A stretch of DNA of 64,000 bases from Myxococcales bacterium (GTDB taxonomy: Bacteria > Myxococcota_A > Polyangia > Polyangiales > DASUME01). Positions within the stretch are counted from its first letter, which is position 1. Each line of letters begins with the position of its first letter. The notes beneath the pieces were generated by a model. That model worked only from the letters and a program-made list of their open reading frames with translations, ran no database searches and had not been told where the DNA came from. Shown in pieces: positions 44,154-53,889 of this stretch. Position numbers and translations under genes: made by a program. The stretch covers positions 928,001 to 992,000 of the forward strand of contig JASGJH010000001.1 of assembly GCA_047601445.1 (NCBI GenBank). The letters run 5' to 3'.

Positions 44154-45101
44154 CTAAAAGGCCACCCGTTCCGCGATCCAACTCGCAATTTGCTCCCCAA
44201 AGAAGAGGTACTCGATGGCCGACAGCGCCAGCATGGGTCCGAACACCATCATCGGTGGGCCGCTCTGGGGGGCCTCTTCCGTGGCCTGGTTGGGCTCCTC
44301 GGAGCTCGCCTCGGAGGCCTGGTTGGCCGGCTGATCCTGCTCGTCGGGCCGCTGAGGTATCAGTGGAACACCGAGTATCATGGCGACACCCGCCGCCAAG
44401 AGCCCCTGAAAGCTGCCGGCGACCAGGACGAACAGCACCGACTGCCAGCCCAGAAAGGCTCCGATCATGAGGAGGAGCTTGGCGTCGCCTTCGCCCATGC
44501 CGCGACGTCCGGTGATCAGTTCGTAGCCCCACACGAAGGCGAGCTGAACGATGAGAAAGCCGACCCCGGCCCCGACCGCCGCTTCGAGCGCCCCGGGGTG
44601 ATTGCGGAAGCCCGCGGTGGCGAGACCCAGGGCGGCCCCGGGCAGGGAGACCTCGTCCGGGATCTCCATCCATTCGAGGTCGACGAAGGTCGCGATCACC
44701 AGGCCGCCGACAAAGATGAAGTAGAGGACGCTCTCGAGCGTGGCGAACAGCGCGCTGGTCCCCTCCGGAGCAGACACGAAGAAACGCTCCGCCACCGCCA
44801 TCCCGAGGACTCCGGTAAGCAGCTCGACCAGGACGTAGCGGGGGGTCATCGGGGCGCCGCAACAGGCCGCCCGTCCGCGCAGCGCGATGTAACCGACGAT
44901 CGGCACATTCAGGTACCAGCGCACGGGGGCGCCACAGGCCGGGCAGTGGCTGGGGGGCTTCACCACCGACATGCCGCGTGGCCAGCGATAGATCGCGACG
45001 TTGAAGAAGCTGCCCCACAGGGCCCCGCCCACGAAGGCGGCGAGTCGAATGAGCCAGGCGGGCAACTCGGCGGCGGCGATGACTTCGGGGCCAGGGAGCA
45101 C
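44154..45101 (-). CDS. pilD: prepilin peptidase / N-methyltransferase
   Basis: GSFFNV.IYR.P, S.CP.C, D...EIPD, GMGEGD.KL, FGP.LA. Confidence 0.95.
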   Translation of the reverse strand: MLPGPEVIAAAELPAWLIRLAAFVGGALWGSFFNVAIYRWPRGMSVVKPPSHCPACGAPVRWYLNVPIVGYIALRGRAACCGAPMTPRYVLVELLTGVLGMAVAERFFVSAPEGTSALFATLESVLYFIFVGGLVIATFVDLEWMEIPDEVSLPGAALGLATAGFRNHPGALEAAVGAGVGFLIVQLAFVWGYELITGRRGMGEGDAKLLLMIGAFLGWQSVLFVLVAGSFQGLLAAGVAMILGVPLIPQRPDEQDQPANQASEASSEEPNQATEEAPQSGPPMMVFGPMLALSAIEYLFFGEQIASWIAERVAF

Positions 45102-45191
45102 GCCGCGAGTCTAGCCGAACACCGCGCGATCGCGCAGGAATGCTCAGAATGCTAGGAAGGGCCCGCATCCGCCCGGTCGGAGCGAGGCACC

Positions 45192-46295
45192 ATGAGCGAG
45201 ATCCAACCCAGAGAAGAGCTGACCGACGTACGACGTGTGGTCGTGAAGATCGGCACCAAGTCGATCACGGCGGGCCAGACAGGTCGTTTTGGTGAGGTCG
45301 CGGCGCAGGCTGCCGAGCTGCGCGCGGGCGGGCGGCAGCTGGTGCTGGTGTCCTCGGGCGCCATCGCGCTGGGCTTTCCGCGTCTCGGTTTGAAGACTCG
45401 GCCGACCCAGATGGCGGAGCTGCAGGCCAGCGCGGCGGCCGGCCAGTCGCGTTTGATGCACGCCTATGAAGTGGCCTTCGCCCCGTACGGCATCGAGGTG
45501 GCGCAGATCCTGTTGACCCACGACGGCATCAGCAACCGCGACCTCTATCTGAACGCGCGGGCGGCCATCGACGCGCTCCTGCAGTACGGCTGCGTTCCCA
45601 TCATCAACGAGAACGACACGGTCGCCGTCGAAGAGATCCGCTTCGGAGACAACGACCAACTCGCCGCCATGGTGGCCACCCTGGTAGGCGCCGACTTGCT
45701 GGTGCTCCTGACCGACGTGGAGGGCCTGCTGGACGGCGACGGCAAGCGCATCGAGACGGTGCGCAGCGTGGAAGAAGTGAAGAGCCTGGTGCGCCCCCAT
45801 GAAGCGGGCGGCCTGAGCTTGGGCGGCATGGAGAGCAAGCTGGAGGCCGCCCGGCGTGCCAGCCTGCGAGGTCTGCCGGTGGTGATTGCGGACGCTCGGG
45901 ATCCCCAGGTGGTCTCGAAGATTTTGCGCGGCGAGAACGTGGGGACGTTGGTGTTGCCCCAGGGCTCACGCCTGGCCAGTCGCAAGCACTGGATCGCCTA
46001 TGCCCTCAAGGCGCGCGGGGCCGTGCTGGTGGACGAGGGGTGCGCGCACGCCCTGCGCACGAAGCAGAGCAGCTTGCTGCCGGCCGGGGTCGTGGGGGTG
46101 CGGGGCGACTTCGCCCAGGGCGACCCAGTGAGCATCCTGGGACCCGACGGGAAGGAGCTCGGACGGGGGCTCGCGCGCTACGCGATGCTCGACGTGGCCC
46201 GCCTGGCCGGCGCCAAGGCCAGCGAAATTGAAGCCAGAATCGGCCACTACGTGGGGGACGCCGTGGTCCACCGCGACGACCTCGTGGTGCTCTGA
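45192..46295 (+). CDS. proB: glutamate 5-kinase
   Basis: VVKIGT, VSSGAI, PIINEND, FGDND.L, GGM..K, PUA domain, VHRDDL. Confidence 0.97.
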   Translation: MSEIQPREELTDVRRVVVKIGTKSITAGQTGRFGEVAAQAAELRAGGRQLVLVSSGAIALGFPRLGLKTRPTQMAELQASAAAGQSRLMHAYEVAFAPYGIEVAQILLTHDGISNRDLYLNARAAIDALLQYGCVPIINENDTVAVEEIRFGDNDQLAAMVATLVGADLLVLLTDVEGLLDGDGKRIETVRSVEEVKSLVRPHEAGGLSLGGMESKLEAARRASLRGLPVVIADARDPQVVSKILRGENVGTLVLPQGSRLASRKHWIAYALKARGAVLVDEGCAHALRTKQSSLLPAGVVGVRGDFAQGDPVSILGPDGKELGRGLARYAMLDVARLAGAKASEIEARIGHYVGDAVVHRDDLVVL

Positions 46296-46353
46296 ACGCG
46301 GCCGAAATGCTAGGTTCCTGGGAAACCGCGCCGGCGCGCGCGTGAGCAAGAAG

Positions 46354-47625
46354 ATGGCGGAAGCAGTGGACATCGTTTCGTTGGTGAAGAACCTGGCGCT
46401 GGAGGCGAAGCAAGCCTCCCGTGCCCTGGCCACGGCCAAGACCGAGCAGAAGAACGCCGTGCTGCGGCGCGCCGCGGTGGGCTTGCGCGGACCAGCCGGG
46501 GAAGCCGTGCTCGTGGCCAATCAAAAGGACATGGAGGTCGGGCGCGAGCTCGGCCTCAGCGCGGCCATGCTCGAGCGGCTGTTGCTCGATCGCAAGCGCC
46601 TCGATGGGATCGCTGCCGATGTGGAATCGGTGGCCCGCCTGCCGGATCCGGTGGGGCAAATCGAGTCCCTGCGTGAGCTCGAGAGTGGCATTCGCGCGGG
46701 CCGCATGTCGGTGCCGCTCGGCGTGATCGCGATGATCTACGAGAGTCGTCCCAACGTGACGGCGGATGCGGCTGCGCTGTGCATCAAGAGCGGCAATGCG
46801 TGCGTGCTGCGCGGTGGCAAGGAGGCCTTCCACTCGTCGCAGGCCATCGCGGAGATCTTCGAGCAGGCTCTGCTCGAGAACGGCCTGCCCAAGCGCAGCG
46901 TGGTGCTGCTGCCCACGACCCAGCGGGAGGCGACCCTCGCGCTCCTGGGCCTCGATGGCATCATCGATCTCGCCATCCCGCGCGGCGGGGAAGGGCTGAT
47001 TCGCTTCGTGGCGGAGAACGCTCGCGTGCCTGTCATCAAGCACTACAAGGGCGTGAACCACGTCTACGTGGACGCATCGGCAGACTACGCGAAGGCAGAA
47101 CGCATCCTGATCAACGCCAAGGTTCAGCGCCCCAGCACGTGCAACGCCGCCGAGACCTTGCTCGTGGATCGGGCCGTGGCGGCGCAGCACCTACCGCGCC
47201 TGTGCGCGGCCATGGTGGAGCGCAAGGTGGAGCTGCGCGGCTGCGAGGAGACCCGGAGCTTGGTGCCCGGGATCAAGCCCGCCACCGACGCCGACTTCGA
47301 CACGGAGTACAACGACTACATCCTCAACGTGCGCGTAGTGGGAGGCTTCGAAGGAGCCCTCGAGCACATCGCGAAGCACGGCTCGCTACACAGCGAGACC
47401 ATCATCACCGAGGACTACTCCAAGGCCGAGCGCTTTTTGCGCGAGGTCGACGCGAGCGCGGTGATGATCAACGCCAGCACACGCTTCAACGACGGCGGAC
47501 AGCTCGGGCTCGGCGCGGAGATCGGCATCTCCACCACCAAGCTGCACGCCTATGGCCCGATGGGGCTGAACGAGCTGTGCACCAAGAAGTGGGTCGTCTA
47601 CGGAGACGGCCAGGTACGCGCCTAG
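46354..47625 (+). CDS. proA: gamma-glutamyl phosphate reductase
   Basis: IYESRPNVT, LRGGKEA, PRGG..LI, CNAAE, NASTRF.DG..G.GAEIGIST.KLHA.GP. Confidence 0.97.
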   Translation: MAEAVDIVSLVKNLALEAKQASRALATAKTEQKNAVLRRAAVGLRGPAGEAVLVANQKDMEVGRELGLSAAMLERLLLDRKRLDGIAADVESVARLPDPVGQIESLRELESGIRAGRMSVPLGVIAMIYESRPNVTADAAALCIKSGNACVLRGGKEAFHSSQAIAEIFEQALLENGLPKRSVVLLPTTQREATLALLGLDGIIDLAIPRGGEGLIRFVAENARVPVIKHYKGVNHVYVDASADYAKAERILINAKVQRPSTCNAAETLLVDRAVAAQHLPRLCAAMVERKVELRGCEETRSLVPGIKPATDADFDTEYNDYILNVRVVGGFEGALEHIAKHGSLHSETIITEDYSKAERFLREVDASAVMINASTRFNDGGQLGLGAEIGISTTKLHAYGPMGLNELCTKKWVVYGDGQVRA

Positions 47626-47668
47626 GGCGCCGATCGATTTTTTTCGACCGTGGGATTGGAGCATCGAC

Positions 47669-48100
47669 TTGGCAGCAAAGAAGAGCACGAGGCCGTCGGC
47701 CGCAGCGACCAAGAAAAAGGCCGCGCCGAAGGCGAAGAAGAACCCGGCGCGCGATCTGGCGTTGGCAATCGCGGAGGCCGCCCTCGACAAGAAGGCGCTG
47801 CAGGTCGAGATCATCGAGGTCTCCGACAAGGTGGACTACGCGGACTACGTGGTCGTGATGAGTGCCACCAGCGATCGTCACGCCAACGCCCTCGCCAAGA
47901 ACGTCGACGCCGAGATGGCGCGCAAGGGCATCCACGCCAACAGCATCGAAGGCTTGCCTCAGGGCGCCTGGGTGCTGATGGATTTCGGAGACGTGGTAGT
48001 GCACATCTTCCACGAAGACACCCGGGGGTACTACGACCTCGAGGCGCTCTGGTACGACGCCGCGCGCGTGCCGGTGAGCGACAAGCCGCGCGCTCCGTGA
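47669..48100 (+). CDS. rsfS: ribosome silencing factor
   Basis: DKKA, DY.V, WVLMDFGDVVVHIF...R.YY.LE.LW; Lys/Ala-rich N-terminal extension. Confidence 0.95.
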   Translation: MAAKKSTRPSAAATKKKAAPKAKKNPARDLALAIAEAALDKKALQVEIIEVSDKVDYADYVVVMSATSDRHANALAKNVDAEMARKGIHANSIEGLPQGAWVLMDFGDVVVHIFHEDTRGYYDLEALWYDAARVPVSDKPRAP

Positions 48101-48149
48101 GGAGCGTACGGCCGGTGCTGCGCCGAGCCGAGGGTAGAGGAGTTCCGTC

Positions 48150-48590
48150 GTGAAGATCCACGTTATCTCGGTCGGCAAGATCAAGGAGCGCGGCCTTCGC
48201 GAGTTGCTCGACGACTACGCCGGCCGCATCCAGCGCTACGCCAGCTTCCACGAGGTCGAGCTCAAGGACGGCTCCACGGCCGAGGTCGAGGAGCGCTTTC
48301 GCAAAGCCATTCCAGCGCGGGCGAAGGTGGTCGCGCTCGAGGTGCTGGGGAAGTCGCTGTCCAGCGAGGGCCTCGCGAAGATCATCGGTCAGAGCATGGA
48401 GACCGCGGGGCAGGACCTGGCCTTCTTGATCGGCGGAGCGTACGGACTACCCGAGAGCACATCCACGGCAGCTCATCTCAAATTGTCGTTGTCCGCACTC
48501 ACGTTGCCGCATCGTCTGGCGCGTCTGCTGTTGTTCGAACAGATCTATCGCGGCTTCACCATTCTTCGCGGTGAACCTTACTCGCACTGA
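48150..48590 (+). CDS. rlmH: 23S rRNA pseudouridine-1915 N3-methyltransferase
   Basis: VGK, F.IGG..G, LS.LTLPH.LAR....EQIYR...I..G.PY.H. Confidence 0.95.
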   Translation: MKIHVISVGKIKERGLRELLDDYAGRIQRYASFHEVELKDGSTAEVEERFRKAIPARAKVVALEVLGKSLSSEGLAKIIGQSMETAGQDLAFLIGGAYGLPESTSTAAHLKLSLSALTLPHRLARLLLFEQIYRGFTILRGEPYSH

Positions 48591-48795
48591 GCGCAGCGAA
48601 TCATAGTCGGGGTGATGGCCCGATCTGGCACAGCGCGCGAAGCTCCATGACACGGATGCCAGTGCCTCCGGAGTGGGCGTCGTCTTGCGTGATGAGGGGC
48701 CGATCGACGTGAAAGCCGTCGAAAAATGCGATCGACATGGGTGGTTTTTCCCAGCACGCGAGCGTTGGCTTGGATCCTGCTGAGGTGCCTCGCCC

Positions 48796-50589
48796 ATGGA
48801 TTGGCTTAAGCACGTGGGGGCCTGCGGGCTTCTGATGGGCGGGATCTGCCTTGCGGCCTGCTCTGACGCCGACGCGCCCACCAGCGCTAGTGCGTCCGCA
48901 GGCGACGGGGACGCCGAGTTCGACGGCGGCCTCAGCGGTGACGACGGCGATGGCGATGGTGACCGTGACAACGGCGGCGCCGAAAGCCCGCCGGTTCTGC
49001 CCCCCGAAGTGGAAGAGACCTTGAGCTTCGATACGCCTCAAGCCGGCCGTACTTCCGTCTATGTGCCGAACCCGGTGACCAATCGGGTCGCCGTGGTGAA
49101 CGCCGAGACCTTCGCCATCGAAACCGTCCCATCGGGCACGGGACCTACCTACGCCGCAACGGTGCCCGGACAGGACGTGGCCGTCGTCATCAACGTGGGC
49201 TCCAAGGACGCTTCCCTGCTGCGCACCGTGGACGGCCACACCACCGTGATCCCGCTGCCACTCAACCACGACGCCAACGCGGTGGCGGTGTCGCCGAGCG
49301 GCAAGCACGCGGTGCTGTACTTCGACGCCTCGGCGAGCAAGGGGACGGCCTCGAGCTTCCAGGACGTCACCGTCGTGGACCTCACCGAAGGCATGGAGCA
49401 TGCGCGCGGCGTGAGCGTGGGCTTCAGACCGCGCAGCGTGCAGTTCTCCGGCGACGGGACGTGCGCCTACGTGAACGGCGCGAACGACCCGAACGTGCGC
49501 AATACCACGTGTGCTTTCGTCAATACCGAGGACGGCATCTCGGTGATCGATCTGGCCGCCGCCGTGGACGGGCCGACCATCGCGCGCCTGGTGCCGGTCG
49601 GCGATGCGCTTTCCGAGCAGTTGTCCCAGGACGTGCAGGTGGCCCCCGACGGTCGCTACGCCGTCGCTCGGCGCGAGGGCACCAGCTCGATGCGCCTGGT
49701 GGATTTGGTCAGTGGGGAGATCACGGTCCTCGATCTCAAGTCGCTGCAGCTGGCTCCGCCACCCAAGGCGAGTGGAGACGCCGGCCCCGCGAACGGCGCG
49801 GACGGAGGGCTGCCAGGCGTCGTCGGCAACATGCTCTCGGCGGGCGCGCTGGACTTGTCGGACATGGACTTGTCGCCAGATGGCTCGCTCGTGCTGGCCG
49901 TGGAGCGTTATCGCGGTGCGCTCTTGCGAATCCCGCTGCCGGCAGGCTTCGTCGACCCCACGCAGATCGAGATTTCCCAGGTTCGCGATCAGCTGGTGGG
50001 GCAGGTCAGCATCGCCAAGAGCGGCGACGTCGCGATCATGTACACCACCGTGAACGACACCGAGGGGGTCGTGCTCGTGGACTTGGCCAAGGGGACAGCT
50101 CCGCGCGGCGTGCGTCTGCGCAAGGCCGTCCGTGCGGTCGCCTTTTCGGACAACGGTACCCGGGCCTTGGTGCTCCACAGCGCGGTCGGCAAGGCGGGGG
50201 CCACAGCGAGTGAAGACGACCGCATCGATGCCTCCGAGGGTTACAGCCTGATCGATACCGCCACCGGCTTCGCCAAGCTGCAGCTGACGCCCGCGGCCGT
50301 TCGTCAGCGCGACATCCTGGTGCTCGATGGTCCGGGCAAGTTCTTCGCGCTGCTGCGTGACGATGCCCAGGGCGTGCGGTCGATGGAGATGGCGGACCTC
50401 AACTCGTTCCAGGTCACCAGTCTGACGCTGGCTCGCCCGCCTTCGTCGATCGGACTCTTGCCCGGACTCAGCCGCATCTTCATCGGGCAGGAGAACTCGG
50501 GCGGCATGATCACGTTCGTGGATAGCAACACCGGCGAGGTCGCGCGGGCGGTCTCCGGTTTCGAACTCGCCAGCAGGATTCGTCAATGA
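48796..50589 (+). CDS. YncE-like beta-propeller lipoprotein
   Basis: Lipobox LAAC, Asp/Gly linker, repeated blade motifs (SPSG, SGDG, APDG, SPDG, VVDL). Confidence 0.75.
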   Translation: MDWLKHVGACGLLMGGICLAACSDADAPTSASASAGDGDAEFDGGLSGDDGDGDGDRDNGGAESPPVLPPEVEETLSFDTPQAGRTSVYVPNPVTNRVAVVNAETFAIETVPSGTGPTYAATVPGQDVAVVINVGSKDASLLRTVDGHTTVIPLPLNHDANAVAVSPSGKHAVLYFDASASKGTASSFQDVTVVDLTEGMEHARGVSVGFRPRSVQFSGDGTCAYVNGANDPNVRNTTCAFVNTEDGISVIDLAAAVDGPTIARLVPVGDALSEQLSQDVQVAPDGRYAVARREGTSSMRLVDLVSGEITVLDLKSLQLAPPPKASGDAGPANGADGGLPGVVGNMLSAGALDLSDMDLSPDGSLVLAVERYRGALLRIPLPAGFVDPTQIEISQVRDQLVGQVSIAKSGDVAIMYTTVNDTEGVVLVDLAKGTAPRGVRLRKAVRAVAFSDNGTRALVLHSAVGKAGATASEDDRIDASEGYSLIDTATGFAKLQLTPAAVRQRDILVLDGPGKFFALLRDDAQGVRSMEMADLNSFQVTSLTLARPPSSIGLLPGLSRIFIGQENSGGMITFVDSNTGEVARAVSGFELASRIRQ

Positions 50590-52130
50590 GAACGCTGAGA
50601 CTTTCACTGGGCTTCGCCCTGAGCTGCCTCGCGTCGCTCGGGTGTCAGGACGACGGTTCGCTCGCCGAGTTCCACGTCAGCGTGGCGCCGGTGCCGCTGG
50701 AGGGCTCGCTGCTCTACGCGCATCGCGTGGACGGCGCGGGCGACGCCTTGATCGTCGACGTGAGCGGAGCCAAACCGCGCATCGCGTCGCACCGACTGCC
50801 TGCGGGCGACCTCAAGAGCTATCCGAGGCCGGGCAGCGCCGGCCACGAGGTGGTGGTGCTGACCGGAGGACTGGCCTCGGATCCTGCGGCGGGGCAGCGC
50901 GAGTCGATCGGGTCCGCGGTGCTCGTGTTCGATCGCCATGGAGAGCGCTTCCGCAAGACGTTGGACGGTCGTTTTAGCGACCTCACGCTGTCCCCGGATG
51001 GACGCGTCGCCCTCGCGCATGGCCACGGCGCCGGCGCGGGCGTGGACGTGGGCAATACGGTGGCCATCGTGGACCTCTCGGATCCGAGCCTCGATGTGCG
51101 GACGGTGGCGCTCAGCGACAGCACAGGGCGCCCGGCGCAGTCGTTCGCCTTTCCTGATCCCGCCGACGGTTCCCGCAGGCTGCTGGTGGCGCGCGGGGTC
51201 GACAACCTGACCATCCTCGAGCTCGACTACCTCGATCGCAAGCCCAAGGAAGTGCCCCTCAAGCTGCCTTCGGACGGGCGTGCGCTGCAGGCGGGCAAGC
51301 TGATCTTCCGGGCCGACGAGATCTTCGTACAGATCGAGGGGAGCAGTGACGTGTTGCTTCTCCAGTTGGTGCCGCTCGACGCTGCCGGTCCAGAAGCCTT
51401 CAAGTTGGTGCCGCTGTATTTGGCGACCAGCGCCAACGTGCAGGACATCGAGCTGGTCCGAGAGGGCGGGCCCGACCGGCGCTTGGTCGCACTGGGGCAG
51501 GGCAAGGTCAGCGTGGTGGATCCCGTCACGGGAGACGCGACGACGTCAAACACGGATGCCAGCTATGACGACTTGATCCGCTTCGTGGGGCGTTCCCCGG
51601 TGGATGACGAGCTACGCGAGCGCGGCCTGCTCGTGCCGCATCAGGGCTCACGAATCGCGTTCGTGGACTTTGCGAACGGCACGGCGTGGTCGGACGAGCA
51701 GGTGGAGACGCTGGACTTGCCCGATCAGCTCCAGTCGGTGATTCCGCTGAACGATCATCGATTGGTCGTGCTGCTGTACTCCTCCGGCGGCCTCGGGCTG
51801 GTCGATCTCGACGCCCGCAAGGTGACGCCGATCAGCACGGGGTCGACCGTGCAAAGCATGCTCATCGACGAGTCGCCGCAGGAAGCCAACCTGTGGTTGA
51901 GCTTGACCAACGAGCACGTTGCGCGGGTCAACCTGCTGGGGCTCGATGCGCGCGAGATCGCGCTGGCCGCCCAAGCGGATCAGCTGCTCCTGATCGAAGG
52001 CAGCCCGCGCAAGATCGCGGCGGTGCACGACTCCGACGCCGGCTTCGTCACGCTGCTCGACCCGGCCGAGCCGTCGCGTGCCACGGCGCGCGAGCTGGTT
52101 TCTTTCTTCTACACCGACATCTTGGATTGA
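50586..52130 (+). CDS. beta-propeller lipoprotein
   Basis: Lipobox SLGC, LSPDGR and VDL/VDP blade motifs, ATGA coupling. Confidence 0.72.
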   Translation: MRTLRLSLGFALSCLASLGCQDDGSLAEFHVSVAPVPLEGSLLYAHRVDGAGDALIVDVSGAKPRIASHRLPAGDLKSYPRPGSAGHEVVVLTGGLASDPAAGQRESIGSAVLVFDRHGERFRKTLDGRFSDLTLSPDGRVALAHGHGAGAGVDVGNTVAIVDLSDPSLDVRTVALSDSTGRPAQSFAFPDPADGSRRLLVARGVDNLTILELDYLDRKPKEVPLKLPSDGRALQAGKLIFRADEIFVQIEGSSDVLLLQLVPLDAAGPEAFKLVPLYLATSANVQDIELVREGGPDRRLVALGQGKVSVVDPVTGDATTSNTDASYDDLIRFVGRSPVDDELRERGLLVPHQGSRIAFVDFANGTAWSDEQVETLDLPDQLQSVIPLNDHRLVVLLYSSGGLGLVDLDARKVTPISTGSTVQSMLIDESPQEANLWLSLTNEHVARVNLLGLDAREIALAAQADQLLLIEGSPRKIAAVHDSDAGFVTLLDPAEPSRATARELVSFFYTDILD

Positions 52131-52138
52131 GGCCTGAC

Positions 52139-53164
52139 GTGCGGACCTTCCTCAGCATCGCGCTTTCTCTGGCCGTCGCAGTTCCCGTCGCAGTCGCCCA
52201 ACCGGCCACGCCGCCCGCTCCCCCGGGCGGCGTGGGAGGGCCCCCTGCGAGTGTGCCCGGCGTGCCCGCCCCCGCTCCACTGGCTCCCGTCGCGCCGGCC
52301 GAGCTCCCGCCGCCCGCCCAAGCGGTGCCCGCGGCTGTCCCAGCCGCCCCGGTGCCGCTCGCTGTGCCTGTGCCTGCTGCATCCGTCGCGCCCGTCGCGC
52401 CTGCGGCGGCACCCGAGGCTCCCGCGAGTGCGGCCCCGAACGGCCAGCCCGCCCCGACCACGCTGCCGCCGTTGCCGGCCTGGACCCCGGAAGCTCGCGC
52501 TACGGCCACACGCCGGCCCGTGCGGCGCGCTCCGCCGACCCCGCCGCCCTACGTGCGCCGCAGCGCAGGCGCACCGTTCGCCCTGGCCGTCGGTGGCGGC
52601 TTGGTGTGGAACGACGACGTGGGCTATCGGCTGGTCGGAGCCAAGCGGGAGCCTCAGTTCGATGCGTTCGCGAGCTACGACATCTTGCAGCCGGGTAAGC
52701 GCTTGGTGGTGTCGCTCGGCGCGAGCATCCGCCATGCGCGCGCGAACAGCGAAGGGCTCGAGATCACTGACAACACGTTGCAGGCAGAGCTCATCGCTCG
52801 CTTCGCCATGCGCTCCTGGCTTTGGCCCCACGGCCGCGCGAGTGTCGGCGGCGCCTGGACTCGGGTCAAGCTCGACGACCAAGGGCGCGGCGGCAGCATC
52901 GACGAACGCGACCTCGGCCTGGCCAGCAGCTTCGGCGGTGGCATCACGCTGCGTACACCCACGCGGGCCCTGGAGACCGCAGGGGGCCGGGCGGCGTCGC
53001 TCTCCTTGGGCATCCTGGTCGAAGGCGGCTACACCCTGGCCAGCGCGGCCAATTTCTCCGGCGTACCAAGCGGAGCCACCGACCTCGAGCGCGGCGCCGT
53101 GCGACTCGGCACCCTGACCCGCAGCGCGCCTTACATGCGCATCATGGCTGTCGTCCGCTTCTAA
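52139..53164 (+). CDS. outer-membrane beta-barrel protein with Pro/Ala-rich N-terminal linker
   Basis: GTG start with GAGG SD, signal peptide, about 110-aa Pro-rich stretch, amphipathic strands, terminal Phe (VVRF). Confidence 0.7.
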   Translation: MRTFLSIALSLAVAVPVAVAQPATPPAPPGGVGGPPASVPGVPAPAPLAPVAPAELPPPAQAVPAAVPAAPVPLAVPVPAASVAPVAPAAAPEAPASAAPNGQPAPTTLPPLPAWTPEARATATRRPVRRAPPTPPPYVRRSAGAPFALAVGGGLVWNDDVGYRLVGAKREPQFDAFASYDILQPGKRLVVSLGASIRHARANSEGLEITDNTLQAELIARFAMRSWLWPHGRASVGGAWTRVKLDDQGRGGSIDERDLGLASSFGGGITLRTPTRALETAGGRAASLSLGILVEGGYTLASAANFSGVPSGATDLERGAVRLGTLTRSAPYMRIMAVVRF

Positions 53165-53221
53165 TCATCAGTTCCTTTCGAACCGCGCAACCTGGTTCGC
53201 CTCAGGACGATACCTGGGGGC

Positions 53222-53857
53222 ATGTTGCGTGACCTTTGGCATGGATTGCTCGAGTTGCTGGCGCCGCCCACCTGTGCGGCCTGTGGCGCCCCGCTCGAGG
53301 CGCGCGAGGACGGCTTTTGCGAGGGCTGCGCGCTCTTGCTCGATGAGTTTCCCAACGTGGAGAGCAGCGACGACCGTGCGGCGTACGCGTACGGCGGTCC
53401 CGTGGCCGAAGCCATTACGCAGCTCAAGTATCGCGGTCACAGCCACCATGCGAGGGTGCTTTCGAGCTTGTTGGTCGACACCGCGGACGGCTGGCAGGGC
53501 CGCATCGAGCGGGTCTGTGTCGTGCCTCTCCACGGGCGACGCTTGCGGGAGCGCGGGTTTAACCAGAGTGCCTTGCTCGCCGCGCCCGTGGCGCGCGCGT
53601 TGGGCGCACGCTTCGATCCATGGCTCCTGTGCCGTACCCACGAGACCAAGACCCAGGTGGGGGCCAATCCCGTGGCGCGTCGGCAGCAGCTCCGAGGCAG
53701 CTTTCTGGCGCGCCCAAGGGCCCGGGGGGCGAACGTGCTCGTGGTGGACGACGTGCGCACCACCGGTGCCACGCTCCACGAAGCGCGTCGCGCGCTTTCG
53801 GAGCAACAGGCGGGGAGGGTGTACACGCTCACGCTGGCTGCGGTCGAAAGGAACTGA
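53222..53857 (+). CDS. comF: ComF family protein
   Basis: C..C...C..C zinc ribbon, LKY, VPLH..RLRERGFNQ, VVDDV.TTGAT. Confidence 0.92.
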   Translation: MLRDLWHGLLELLAPPTCAACGAPLEAREDGFCEGCALLLDEFPNVESSDDRAAYAYGGPVAEAITQLKYRGHSHHARVLSSLLVDTADGWQGRIERVCVVPLHGRRLRERGFNQSALLAAPVARALGARFDPWLLCRTHETKTQVGANPVARRQQLRGSFLARPRARGANVLVVDDVRTTGATLHEARRALSEQQAGRVYTLTLAAVERN

Positions 53858-53889
53858 GCCGGGCGCGCCCCTGCCTATACTGGCGCGCC

